Assembly: GCA_964304625.1 (NCBI GenBank)
Contig: OZ199840.1
Location: 10,755,024 to 10,819,023, forward strand
From: Kudoa neothunni
Taxonomy: Eukaryota > Animalia > Cnidaria
Direction of reading: 5' to 3'
Length of the DNA stretch: 64,000 nucleotides
A program made the position numbers and the translations under genes. The notes beneath the pieces are model-generated. The model saw nothing but the letters and a program-made list of their open reading frames with translations, was not told the origin of the DNA and made no database searches. Of this stretch, positions 13,751 through 26,399 are shown piece by piece (within the stretch, counting starts at the first letter, position 1; each line of letters begins with the position of its first letter).

Positions 13751-15673
13751 CTACAAAATTTTGTCCACTATCCCAACAGCGACAACGCCATGATTGGATA
13801 TTAGACAAAACCTTCCTAGAGGTTTACACATAGTGAAAGATTGGACACAACAACCATTCTCAAAAGTTATTTCCACTTTAGCAAATGTATTTTCACGAAT
13901 AAATCTATATTTATATGCGAGAGTATATCACACATGAGAATTCAATCAATATACAGCGGATTCTCAACAGGTCCGCCTTTAAGAGTCTCTTGTAGCAATT
14001 TCGTTATGGCGACATTAGTGGTAATATTACATGCGTTGAATACAAACTAAAATACAAATCAATCTCAACCCCCTTCTCAAAAGTATAAGTACATGCATTC
14101 CCAAAGTTATATGTTTGAGTATATCAGTGGTAACGATACTGCATTGTATTTTTGACGTATTAATAACGGCTTGGTGGTCGGCTAGGGTGAGGACATCTCC
14201 TCTTCTATTTAAAATATGGTCGAAATCGTAAAATCAATTTCTCAAAAACATACCTTATTTGGTCAATGTCAGCGTTGATAATGTTTAATGTGACCAAATC
14301 ATTAGTATATGCTTCTTTAGAGATTCCTCATTATTGTTTCGAAAAATTTCTATCCGATTAAATGATATGACTTTTCCAATAAAAATTTTACCTTTTATGG
14401 AAACCACTTGGTTAGATGGAGACAAAATCAGTTTACTATTTCCATACATAATCCCTTGCAATATTTTTCCACAAATCGTCACATAATTTGATTTTTCTTC
14501 AGAAACCAAAACAACAATCTTTAAAAAGAGAAAAACAACACAATGGCATGTACCAGCATAAAAGTCAATTATGGAAATATATAAAGTTTTATGGATCAAA
14601 TGTTCATCCATTATTTTGGTTTGGATTTTGCTATGACAGAATTCTAAAGATTATTGAGAATCACTGAAAAAATCTGGCCGAGATCTGCGATCAATACTCA
14701 ACGAGTCCAATAAACAGCGACCACTGTACCAAGAAGAAAGTTGATTAGGAATATTTGTAAAATTGTCGATTATATTCACACCTTCAACAGCTGAAATGGG
14801 TATAACTTCATAGGACTGTTCCTAGGGAGTACAATACGTGGAATCGTTATTTGAATTTATGAAAATAATGAATACTTTGTATTGATATTTATGGAGACAT
14901 TGTTGAATGGTTGTGGTTATCGCATCAAATCTTTCTTTTCTATATTCAACCTAGATAATCATAAGCACAAATATTTTAGATTATTAATCATCAATTAATA
15001 AAATTATAATAGTACGAGGTCCATTTTATTCAATAAAATGACTATATTAGCCACTCCAAACGCTTTTGCTAACATTATATGAGTGGAAAGAGTGGATTCG
15101 TTCAATGTGTATGGTTTGAATTGTTTCTGGTCGGTTTTGGGAGAGTTACCCTTTCCCAAAGTGGCTTCAAATGAGCCCACACTTGAATCCACTATGTACA
15201 CGGCAACATCAGCCTATACATGGGACCATCATTAAAAAAATTCGTCTATACAAAACCAACTTGACATAATCCTTTTATAAGATTTTGCAAATAATCCATA
15301 TGTCCTGGTGTGTCGATAATATTAAGAATAACGTTGTTATCTGTTGTGATAGTTCTCATTACAATATCCATAGTGATACCACTACGAAATAGAAAATATT
15401 TTTATAAGAAATTGAATTGGTAGTGGTATACCGTTTCCGCTCCTCCTCAAGTTCGTCTACAATCCAGGCATAGTTTATTTTACCAGACTTCTGTTTGAAA
15501 TAGATTCAAATTTTACAGAAGAATGAGAATTTTAAAACGCGAAAAAATACATGTTTAGATTGGACGGTATTTGTATCTAGCAGCAACCTGCCGATTGTTG
15601 TGCTTTTTCCACAGTCAACATGACCGAAGAAAGCAACATTTATAGCAGTAGAAACCATAGAATCGTTCGCCAT
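13751..15673 (-). CDS. HBS1L: EF-1alpha-family translational GTPase, most similar to HBS1; multi-exon, no N-terminal extension
   Basis: G1 [29 protein letters not shown]3 DTPGH, G4 [15 protein letters not shown]...[11 protein letters not shown], and C-terminal LGRFCL...[24 protein letters not shown] and WY.G.CLL favour HBS1 over eEF1A or eRF3. Confidence 0.8.
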
Positions 15674-15709
15674 TCCAATACCCCCGAAGATTAACCACGA
15701 GGGAGTTTA

Positions 15710-16186
15710 ATGGAGGATAGTGACGTGAAAGAGGTAGCTTCGGGGGTGGTATTGTTTAAAATGGTTTCTGAAGACAAACCACAATTTCTACTGATGCAAG
15801 CTTCGTATCCTCCTCATCATTGGAGTCCACCAAAAGGACATGTTGAGGCTGGAGAAAGTCTCAAGGAAGCTGCATTTAGAGAAGTAGAAGAAGAAAGTGG
15901 ATTCCAACACAACTCCCATTATAAAATATACGATGATTTTAAAGTCACTCTACGATATGTGGCAAATGGAAATCCCAAGAAAAGTGTTTATTATTTGGGA
16001 AAAATGAACGATGATATAGATTCTGTCGCGGAAAACAACAAAGTTAAAATTTCCCATGAACATCAAAAATTCGAATGGGTTTCACTTGAAAAAGGAGTGG
16101 AACTAGTTCAACATAAAAACACTCAAAATCTACTTGAAGAAGCTAACGAATGTATAATGTTTAAAAAATCTGCCGGACTTTTGTAA
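15710..16186 (+). CDS. NUDT2: Nudix hydrolase, bis(5'-nucleosyl)-tetraphosphatase (asymmetric Ap4A hydrolase), intronless
   Basis: FLLMQASYPPHHWSPPKGHVEAGESLKEAAFREVEEESG (Nudix box with the NUDT2-type HW.PPKGHV) and ISHEHQKFEW. Confidence 0.92.
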   Translation: MEDSDVKEVASGVVLFKMVSEDKPQFLLMQASYPPHHWSPPKGHVEAGESLKEAAFREVEEESGFQHNSHYKIYDDFKVTLRYVANGNPKKSVYYLGKMNDDIDSVAENNKVKISHEHQKFEWVSLEKGVELVQHKNTQNLLEEANECIMFKKSAGLL

Positions 16187-18789
16187 AATTGATATCAATT
16201 TTCGAATATATTGGCTATATCTACTATATTCTTAGTTTAAATTATTATTCTTATATGTGGAATATTTTTTATTTGTTTTTTTTCTTGTTCGTAAATATTG
16301 CTCACAAACTCTCGATTTATCTTAACCTAAATCATAATCTTAATTGGATTTTTTAAATTTATTGTATGTATCATAGGTGGGATTTAATATCTACAAAATA
16401 TACCTTTTTTGGTATTGTTAATATTAGTGATAATAACTATGGTGCTAATACTGATAACATTGATAATAAATAATTTGGGTTGAATATTAAGAAAGGCATG
16501 TGATGTTGTATTCCTTTTCGATCGATTTTCTCGTTATTTATAAACTAATTGTTTAAATTTTAGTATTATTTATTATTTTTTGTGCGAAGAAATAAAAGAG
16601 AGCTTTTAACGGTGATTTTTGTATCATGGGGATTATGAGGATTGGTGTCTAATTATATAATCATCGCGACAATCACGCGATATGATATATTCCATTTTAA
16701 TTCGTCAGAAACTGGTTAAAAATGTGATTTCTATATTGTTCTTAGTTTAAACTTATCGTATTAAGGTTTTGGGGTTAAATTCTTAAGCAATAATTTTTGA
16801 ATCATTCCATTTTTTTCCAAACAATGTACGAATCGAAAATTGAGTGAATATTTAAAAAAAATAAAGAATTATGTTAGTATTTAAGATTTATTTTTAATTA
16901 TCCGTGTTAGCTACTAAAAAATGTATGTTTGAAAATATTGACGATTTCTACGCATGCGCCAACATGAGGGTTTATTTTATTATTTCATATTAGATAGAAA
17001 AAACAATTCTTATATAATAAATTCTAATAGAGCAGATTCGTTTTTAACATTTATAATTTATTTCAAAAATTTGTTAAAATGAATTTTTTGTAATCTATCT
17101 ACTAGTTATATGCAATCGAGATTCGATATTGAGTTTTTTTTTAAACTAATAAACTACTAAATAAAATAATGATAACGATTTAAAATTAAATTCAAATGTA
17201 ATTGTTTTCAAATGAAAACCTTAAATTACTTAATAATGAAATACGCAATATCTAATTGGGATTATATTTAAATTATTTAGACTTTTCAAAAATCGAGGGT
17301 GATTATGTGTTGAAATGAAGGTTATTAAGGATTTGGAGAGAGATTTCATGATTCCAACGTTTTGTGGTTGTTATTAGTTTTTACAAACATTTTGATATAT
17401 AATACATCTCATTAAATTAATTATATTAGGCTAAAATTCTTGAAACATTCAACCACATAAACATATTGATGTATATTATGAAATATGACGTAATGTTTCA
17501 CTTTATATTCCAAAACTAAGCAATGAATGATTATTTTTAGGTTTTACACCATTTTTATATTATCAAGGTAAGTAATAAAAAAATGCTTTAGATTTATTAA
17601 CATCCATAGTTAATTAATTTTTAAATGTTTAAAAATCGTATATATTCGATTTGTGACAGTTGCTCTACTTTAAAGTTAATTTTAATTAAAAAATAATTAT
17701 TTATTATTTTTCTTTGGAGTTGCTTAATGGATATAAATAATGAGATAATTTGATAAAATAAATAAAAAATTTTCATGTTCGATTTTGGATAAAATATTGT
17801 TATAAAATTTGCTAAATCATGAATATACTGCCTGAAAAAATTTATAAACTAAAACCCGCATTATGTAATGCTACCGTTAATTTGAAACATCAACTTTCTA
17901 ATTTTGAATAGAATAAATCTGAAAGTTCCCTTTTTAAAACAATAAGTCAATATTGAACATTTACAAACATATTACTAACAGATACAAATAAAAAAAATTC
18001 AGTGAACAATTAAAGACTTCAAATTTGTTAAGATTATAGAATAATAATAATTTATTTGATAAATTTATCAACAACAGTGATTCCACGTGAATCCGAATGT
18101 GCTCGACTTGAGATTTATTTCCAGTTTATAGGTTAATTCTTTTTAACTAAATTTAATTACAAAATGTAATTTTTTGTGATAAGAAAATTTCTCCTAACAT
18201 TGATCACACAAATCCATTGTGAACGAATCATATAACCTCTTAATACATTGACTTAATTTAATCTCTTCGATTTTTTTGAAGCCCTAATTGTGTTGTAATC
18301 AAGAGTGTTTTGTATTTTATACAGAATAAAGTGGTATAAATTTTATCTAAATAAAAGTAATTTTCTTAAGTTATGTTATTGATACATAGATTTCGCAATT
18401 TTTATGAACCCACAAACTGATTTTAATTTTGATGTCGTAAATCATAATTGTTAAAAGTAAATTGTTTTAAAAATTTTTAGTTTAATTCTAACTATGGACT
18501 AACTGGAAGTATATATGTATTTTTTTAAATGATTTCAAATGTTTTTCAAACCAAAATATCTCTACTAAGAGGCGAAACTGGGAAATTTTCGCTAGTACTT
18601 TTATATTATTCTAATATACGTTGGCTATCCCATAGAAATGTTAAACCGTGTTTTTTATGTGGGCGGAATTAGTGATTTTCCAATAAGAGTAAGCTCTTTG
18701 TCGTGTAAAATATTTCGAAAAGATAAAATTTATTCTTATTTTTGCATGAATATCTTATTTTGTTGATTCTTTCATTTGTCTTAAATATC

Positions 18790-19420
18790 AAAAGTAGGGA
18801 ATCTGAGTTAACATAATTGACGCTAATAATTGTCTGAGAGTATCCAAATATAATTATCCTTCTGAAAGCTATGGATGATTATTGACAATATGCAATTATT
18901 CCAGTGGTGAGTGAAGCATGTAATGCATATGATGATTTATGAACTGAACTCACACTTTACCAATGGAACCGAAACTAACAGTTCTAACGCAATTAAACCA
19001 ACTCTTGAAATTGCTCCATAAGAATTATCCTTAAAAAAGACTTTCTCCTAGTGGTTTGGAAGATTGTTTACATGTCAAATTGCAATGAATTACTACAATA
19101 ATAAATGCCTTGAAGAAAATATTGGACTTAAATAAAGTGTCATACAACGAGAACTTTTCAAAAGGACAACGCTATCAACGTTTTTATGCCCCCAAATCAT
19201 GATACCTCCTTATTTCTCAAAAGCCTCGGTAGGTATTTTACCATCTGATCTAATTACCTATACAAATAATCTTTTTCAAGATTAATCAATAACGAATGTA
19301 CGGTACTAAACTAACTTCATGTGAAGACGATATGCGAGTGGCACCTTCTAAGACGACCCCGCATATTTCGGTGTTAGTTTTGAAAGAAAGCAACAGAAAC
19401 CTCATTGATATTAAATACTC
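18790..19420 (+). pseudogene. Relic coding sequence of unknown function (paralog at about 28070-28690)
   Basis: The two copies translate as related broken peptides (YAIIPVVSEACNAYDDL*TELTLYQ and DYAIIPPLGKSCNAYYNLGTELRLYQ) with several third-position differences and an intron-like gtaggt...ttcaag. Confidence 0.4.
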
Positions 19421-20514
19421 TTCGATTTTGTGCTAGAATTTTTTTATTTATGTCTTTTAATCTTTCGTCTGTTCAATAAGTTTTGTTCATTATTTTAAAT
19501 AATTAAAATAATTATCTTATGAATTTAAATTCACAGACATATTGCGTAATCGCACATCTCCCCGTACCTAATAATGTTAAGAATCACTGGAATAGACATG
19601 CGTCTTTAAGTTACATTTTATATGTATAATATATGAAAAATTATGAAAAGATAAAAAAATAATAATAGTAGATATTACTCTTTCCTCCTGATTATAAAAT
19701 TCAAGTTGATGGGATGCGTATTGAAACTTGTGAGATAAATAAGGAATAAAAGATTTTAAATTCACAAGCCTTATGAATGATAAATTTATTTTTCCACGTT
19801 AAAAATTATATTAAAAAAATTCTCACTGAAAGTTTTGAAAAAATAAAGGCTATTAATATTTTTGAGGTACATATTACCTCATTGTAGTGATATATTTATG
19901 ATAAAATCACACAATAAATGGTCGAAACTGTTAATTTTATAAACACATGGCATGAAAAATGACGTGTTCGCATTATTTTATTTTCGGTATTCATATAAAA
20001 GCAAAAAAATATAATTATATTAAAAATAAGAACAATGCAGTTTTATCAACATCAAATTATTTTTATGTAATTGAATTTAATTTGAATAGCATTTTAGTTA
20101 TAAATTATACTTATTTCCTTAGCCTGTAAAAATAGATAAATTATTTAGTTCTACTTAAGATAAGTGTTTATTAGGTAAAATATTCATGAATCAATTAGGG
20201 ATTCTATGTTATGCTTAAATTCATTAATATTTATATATTCATCACATGAATCAATTATATTTAATCAATGAATGGTTCACTTTCATTATTTTGATTGTTT
20301 TTAATGCTAGAATCATATGGTACTTAATTAGTATAATAAACACATAATTTTCAGAGGTTATTTAAATAAAAATTACATCGTCTACGTTATATTCAACTTT
20401 GATTTAATTAGTAAATATTATAACGTTTGTTACATAATATATTTCAATATAATTGAATAACCCTATTTAAACAAGTGTAACGACAACTTCCGTGAGTAAA
20501 TTAGACTCAATACA

Positions 20515-23407
20515 ATGAAGCTATTATCTCACATTTTAGGAATATCATTAGTTATTTTTTGTAATTACACACATAATTCCAACACTTGCTTAATAAATTT
20601 TAGCAAAATTTTTTTTATTAAATGGGGATGCTCCAGCACAATCTGCTCCTGCCCCTGTCCCTGAATCTACTCAAAAAGCTCTCAGCTACACTATCCTTAA
20701 AGAAAGCGATGGAAATAAGGTTAAAATTACTTTAAGTGGCAGTGATTATACTTCTCCAAAATGTTATATGAAAAAATCTGAAGAAAATTCCGAAAATTAT
20801 GCGGAAATAAATGGATGCCCTGGAAATGATAGTGGAGCCTCTGGAAAATGTTTTAGAACCTGTTCCGGAGAAGACAATAAACTGACCTTCACTCAATTTT
20901 CCCCAAGGACCAAGTATGTAGCAGTTTTTACAGGGAGTGAAGCTGCAACTACCACTGGAAAATCTACAGGTGGAACAGTTTTTGGGCTCGAATTGCGTAT
21001 ATAATTATATATGTATTTATATAAAATAATATTAGGTTTATTGGTGAATCCGCAAGTAACAATAACAACTACAACTGCAACTTCAAATCCAAGAAAACTG
21101 AAATTAAGCACTGTCACATGCAAACAAGTTGCATGCCCCATATTTTACAAGGGAGTAAAATACGCAGATGGAACTGCTACAAATGATAGTACTAATGAGG
21201 TGGATTTTGATATGATGATACCTCATTACGAAATGAGATGTGAGAATTATCCAAGTTTTTTTTATAAACTGCAAAACAAATATACGTTGAAGGAAATGGA
21301 TGTTTATCAACCCCAATATTATGTTAAATTTAAAGACATTGATAAAACTAAATATCAAATAAAGTTTACTAATAAATTCCCCTTCGAAATATGTCGTTTC
21401 AGTATTAAGGAAGAGTCTACTGAAGTTAATGCGACTTCATCCAATGAATACACTTCAAATTGCGGCGGAACAGGGAAAGATTGTTATGCTCCTTGTAATG
21501 ACGTAGAATTAACATTCTCTGACACAAAAGTTCTGGTTGAAGTTATGATTCAAACAAGACATTTTCCTTTAGGAAAAGTTGATACAAATTACGTTGGATA
21601 CATACAAAAGAAATTTGGTAATAGATCATTATTTTTATTTTTAAATACTTGATATTAGTCATTACTAAGTCCCCCACCGCTGATGGGACGTTATTGTCCA
21701 CTTTCAAAAAAGATGGTGTCACTTTAAACGTTCCTTTATTTAATCCAACAGACAATCCTAAATTTGGAAGTTGCACGGTGACGCATTATGCAGCAGACAA
21801 ACCGGCTCCTACTAGCGGTGAAAGAACAAATTGTGTAAATTCTGGAAGTTCTGGTAGTACTCAATGCGGAGATACATGTACATCGGCTTTGACGATAACA
21901 GGATTATCTCCCGGAAAACCATATATATTTCTTATAGCAGCCGGAGTATCTGATGGAATAAAGGAAGGTTTTAAGGAAAAAATATTCTTTAGAACAGGTA
22001 TATAATTTTAATATTTAATTTATTGTAAAGTATGCTAAGAAAAAGAAGATTCAAAAACATTTCCTCCAGTAACACCAACGTTAAGTGAGACAGCGGCCTC
22101 AATCAAAGCCATATCTGGAGATGACACATTGACAAAAGATGACGCTACATGCGCCTATTATATTAGTCCACGCGGGAAGGATGTTTATGTTTGTGCAATG
22201 TGCATTGATAGTTATCCATGCCGAGGTTTATGCAGGGAAACTCAGACTATTGTTGGATTGAAGCCAGGAAGTGAGTATGACCTTAAGGTTGTTGCACATA
22301 AAGATTATGGGTTCAAAGTACATCCAATTACAACAAGTATATTAACTAAGATAAATTGAATGAGTTGATTTATAGCAAAATCAACATTCACATTAACAAA
22401 GGAATTTGTCGACAAGGGTTTCAAAATAGTAGGCACATTGTCTACACCTGATGCAGAGGCTAAATGCCACTACAACGTGGAAGTTAAGAAGGGAAATCAG
22501 TATACTTTAATTCACCAATGCCCCCAAGCACCAATTTCTCCAAAACCAGCTGAAACCCCTTCCAATAAATCAAAGCTTTCCAAAATTATGGTCGCTAGAT
22601 CAGCAACTGATTCGACTTCCCCTCAATCGAGAAAAACGACCTCAAATATGCCCACCTATTGCACTGAGCCTCCATCATGTTCTGAGATATTATTCACAAC
22701 TAATTATGATCGCTCTAAGAAATATCGTGTGGTGGTAACTAAGGCAGGAGCACACGACGCAAATATTGAAATTCCGGAAAGTAAAATTTTTGCTTTTATT
22801 AAAAAATTAAAATTTGTATTATAATATAATTATTATAATTAGATCCTATTGTAAAAAACCAAGATATAACTAAACAAATTATTATTAGCATTGAGCGTGA
22901 TGGAAACAAATTAAAGGTTACGTCGGCACTACCACAGCAATTCGCTGAGAACACATGTGGATGGGAATTAAGAGACTCAACCAATCCTGAGAACATTTTA
23001 GTTAAATCATGTAATGGAGAAAACGATGGAGGTTGTGAAACCCTTCCTAAATGCAAAGAATTTGAAATCACAAATGTTGAGGATACAAACGATTACCATT
23101 TGACAGTTTATGTTAGCAGTGATAAAACAATCAATGGAAATAGCCAAATTAAGAAAGGTATATGTGTTATATGCTTAAATTATCAAATTCTTCTTAGGAG
23201 AAAGTTACGACACAATGAAATCAACGTAATTTAGTTGTATTTATTTTTGTCTTTTATAACACTTATTTAGATCAAAAAACACTATGTAAATATATAATAT
23301 ATGTATTTGTAAATATTTAATGATTTAGAATAATAATAGTCGCAGCCGCTGTAGGTGTGGTTATTCTAGCTGCCGTTGCTGTGGTTTTCATAAAGAAAAG
23401 GAATTAA
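20515..23407 (+). CDS. Surface protein copy A: Cys-rich FN3-like type I membrane protein, 10 exons, 832 aa
   Basis: Introns 20561-20603, 20997-21035, 21618-21658, 21998-22039, 22337-22375, 22781-22842, 23158-23197, 23226-23270 and 23286-23328 give an in-frame 2499 nt CDS. Signal peptide MKLLSHILGISLVIFSKFFLLNG; FN3-like motifs FSPRTKY, GLSPGKPY, GLKPGSEYDLKVVA; TM and tail IIIIVAAAVGVVILAAVAVVFIKKRN*. Confidence 0.9.
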
Positions 23408-23749
23408 CCAGCGATTTATTATTTAATTACAGATTTTATTTATCAATTAATATAATATTTTAATAAATCATTTAATTTATATTTTCGTTTCTATAGCAAT
23501 TCTCTCTAAATTTTCAGTTAGCTCACTTAAAATATAGAAATTTTGTACCCATTTGAATAAGTTATAAAATAAAAAATAAAAAATCGTGTTTATCTCACTT
23601 AGATGCTTATATAATCCTAATAAATTATTTTATACAACAATATAATTTTAGTTGATTTATATTTAACTTAATTAGCTATGTATGATAATTGCAGAATTGT
23701 ATAATTAATTTTTACTCTCCAATGCGTAGAAATTTGAAAAAACCAATAT

Positions 23750-25400
23750 TAAAATCAAAATATGATAAATTAAACAGTTTCCCTTTATCCATGGTCAATA
23801 TATGCTTTAATTATGAAAAACTACGTTCAACTGCGATCGAAGGCAGTAGAATTAGAGTTAATCTAAAGCAACTTTTGAAAGTATGGGATACTTTCTAGTA
23901 TACTCTTCTTTCGACGTAATTTCAAAATTTTTTCCTTGATCGTAACATTTAGGGAACTTTATATATTCGCTCTTGAGTCCATCAGTGTCCTGGCTTTCAA
24001 CATAAGGAGAAATTAGTCCGAAATTAACATTTTTAAAATTAGGACTGCATAGATCAAGAACATCCATCGTTTTTAAGAAATCAGGTGAAAAGAAACAACC
24101 ATCAGTCTGCTTTGTCATTATTATTGATAGTTCCAAAATCAAAGAATCGATGAATTGTGTCATCTTCTGAAGGATCTTTTGTCGACGACCAAGAGGCAAT
24201 ATTGAAATAACATTTTCATAAGTGCTTAATATTTCTTCTTTAGGAATATTATATTTATTGTTTATCCAATTGTAAAGTTATGTAAATCCAAAGGAATTAT
24301 CAGATTCAATTAAGGATGAGAATTTGTATAATGGATCAAGAGAAGATATTATAATTATAAATTGTATATAAATAGAAAATTCGTTAAAAGATTCTTCGGA
24401 GAGTTCAATGTATTCAATAAATTTGGAGAGAGATTTGTGTCCAGATTCCAGAAAAAGTTCTTTTATTACTGGAAAATAATATCTACATCTACAGCAAAGA
24501 AAACACTTGTAAAGCTGTACCACCTAATGTCGAGCATTGTTGGAATTTCTTTACGACATTCGATTTTTTGTTTAACCAAATAATGCAAAAAGCTAGTTTT
24601 TACTTAGAAATGCGTAAAATTTCATACAGAAATGTTTGGCATCGAGGAATACAGTATCTATTGATTTTTTCACTGATAAATGGATAAGATTTGAAAACAC
24701 GGTATCCAAATAATATTATGATAAATGGTAGATATACTTCTGTAATATTTTTTCATATATGGTGCAGAATTAGATACAATTGTCATACATTGTTTCCGAC
24801 ACTTCATTGGCAATTATAATGGCATTGCATTCGCGGAGAATTTTCAGATCAAGCATAAGTAATTTCCTCGTTGATGTCTCATGATCGTAAAAACAAGCCA
24901 AAATATTTAGCAAAGTCCTATTTCTAAGATTTGGCGATTCATCGATAATGAAAGAAAATCAATTATTTTTTAGCAATAATTTCACACATTCATTATTTTG
25001 TTGAAATAAATATGGCAATTGCTTTTCAACCAAGGCTCGACCATTAGGTAATGATCTGGAAGGCACACAGTATTTGGAAAAAAACCTGCGTAATGTACTT
25101 TTTTTTATCAATGGAAGGTCATCATATACAACCATGGAAATCAAATATATTTCGATAACAATGTTGTTCTTATCTCTAAAAAGGAGATTAAGAACTGGTC
25201 AGGAATTTTCATGAGATAATTTCGTAGATATATGTTTTTTCGAGTTGACGTGTTCTACAACTCTATTTAGTTGCATACGTAGTTTTATTTTACAATATTT
25301 GCAAACAAGACTTTCACCCATGATTTCGGAATCAACTTATTCTGACAAAAAATTGTCAATTGATCTTCGCTTTCTACCCATCTTAGATTTAAACTTCTAG
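23750..25400 (-). mobile_element. Decayed hAT transposase (CGGBP1/BED-like zinc finger type)
   Basis: Fragments LVCKYCKIKL...VVEHVNSKKH, FSFIIDESPN, IVSNSAPYM and YPILSKVALD...PSIAVERSFS*LKHILT (hAT dimerisation motif), with many stops and frameshifts. Confidence 0.8.
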
Positions 25401-26399
25401 CGAAGAAGGCCGGAAAATTCGCGGAAAAATAAACGTCGAAATTAAAATTTTTTAAAAATTCGACGATTAAAATCGATTTTAATCGAAAACGGCAATGCCT
25501 ACTTATACGTAACTTCACAATTATCTCTAGTTCAGCAAAAATCTGGGAACCGTATATCATTTTAAAATATTTTTAAATCGATATCAACTTGAATATATTT
25601 CAATGAAAACACACAACAAATATTAAACATAAAAAGGTAAAATAAGTATTTGTGGTATTACTCAAATCCCAAAGATCTATTGTTAAAAAACATTCGTATT
25701 CCATGTTTTCTATTACTTTCTCAATATAAATTTTTCAATAAAAATAAGTTGCTGCCATTGCATCACCTCAAACAAAGAGGAGAGAAACCACCAACATGCC
25801 TGGGAGGAAATGAATCATATTTTGTGTTGATATAGAAAGTTTATTGATTTCGTTTTTAAGAATGAATTTTAAAGTATGATTTTATAAAAGTCCTTCAAAT
25901 AACAACAAAATAAGAGAATTTAGCTTGAGTTTTGTTTGTTACAAAAGAGTATTAATATTCGACATCATTATAATATAATAATTACATTAATACTATTTTC
26001 ATCAAAATATTTGTTTGAAACATAAAAGAATAAGATACTTACTTAATTTCGAAGTTGAACTTAAATTTGGGTCAAAGAAACGTCAGAATATTATTGTAGA
26101 TTTTAGTTTATTTAATTAAATCCATAACTTAATATTTATAATTCTATGTTCCATTAAAAATCAAGAATATGAAGAAAAAAATAAGTTTAATAATAAAAAA
26201 AAATATATATTACTTTTAACGGAGAATAAAAAATTGATGTTGAAAATTGATCAAACAAGAAAAAATTATATAAACTTATAAACATAACAAAGTTAAATTA
26301 ATATTAATAATAATCCGTCAAAAATAGTTTCATTCTTAGAGATCATCCACAATTATTAACTTTGTTAGTAACTGTTATTTTAATTAATTACAAATTTTC

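Larger units (their letters stand above)
16975..23693 (+). repeat. Segmental duplication unit A (upstream block plus surface gene A); paralogous to about 27080-32978
   Basis: Colinear similarity from catattagatagaaaaaacaa (both copies) to tatgataattgca; offset about 9.3 kb around the gene. Confidence 0.85.

Noticed and set aside
20768-22824. Operon of small separate genes with overlapping stops and starts, or an alternative genetic code
   Set aside because: Short GT-AG introns join all pieces into one in-frame 832 aa CDS under the standard code.
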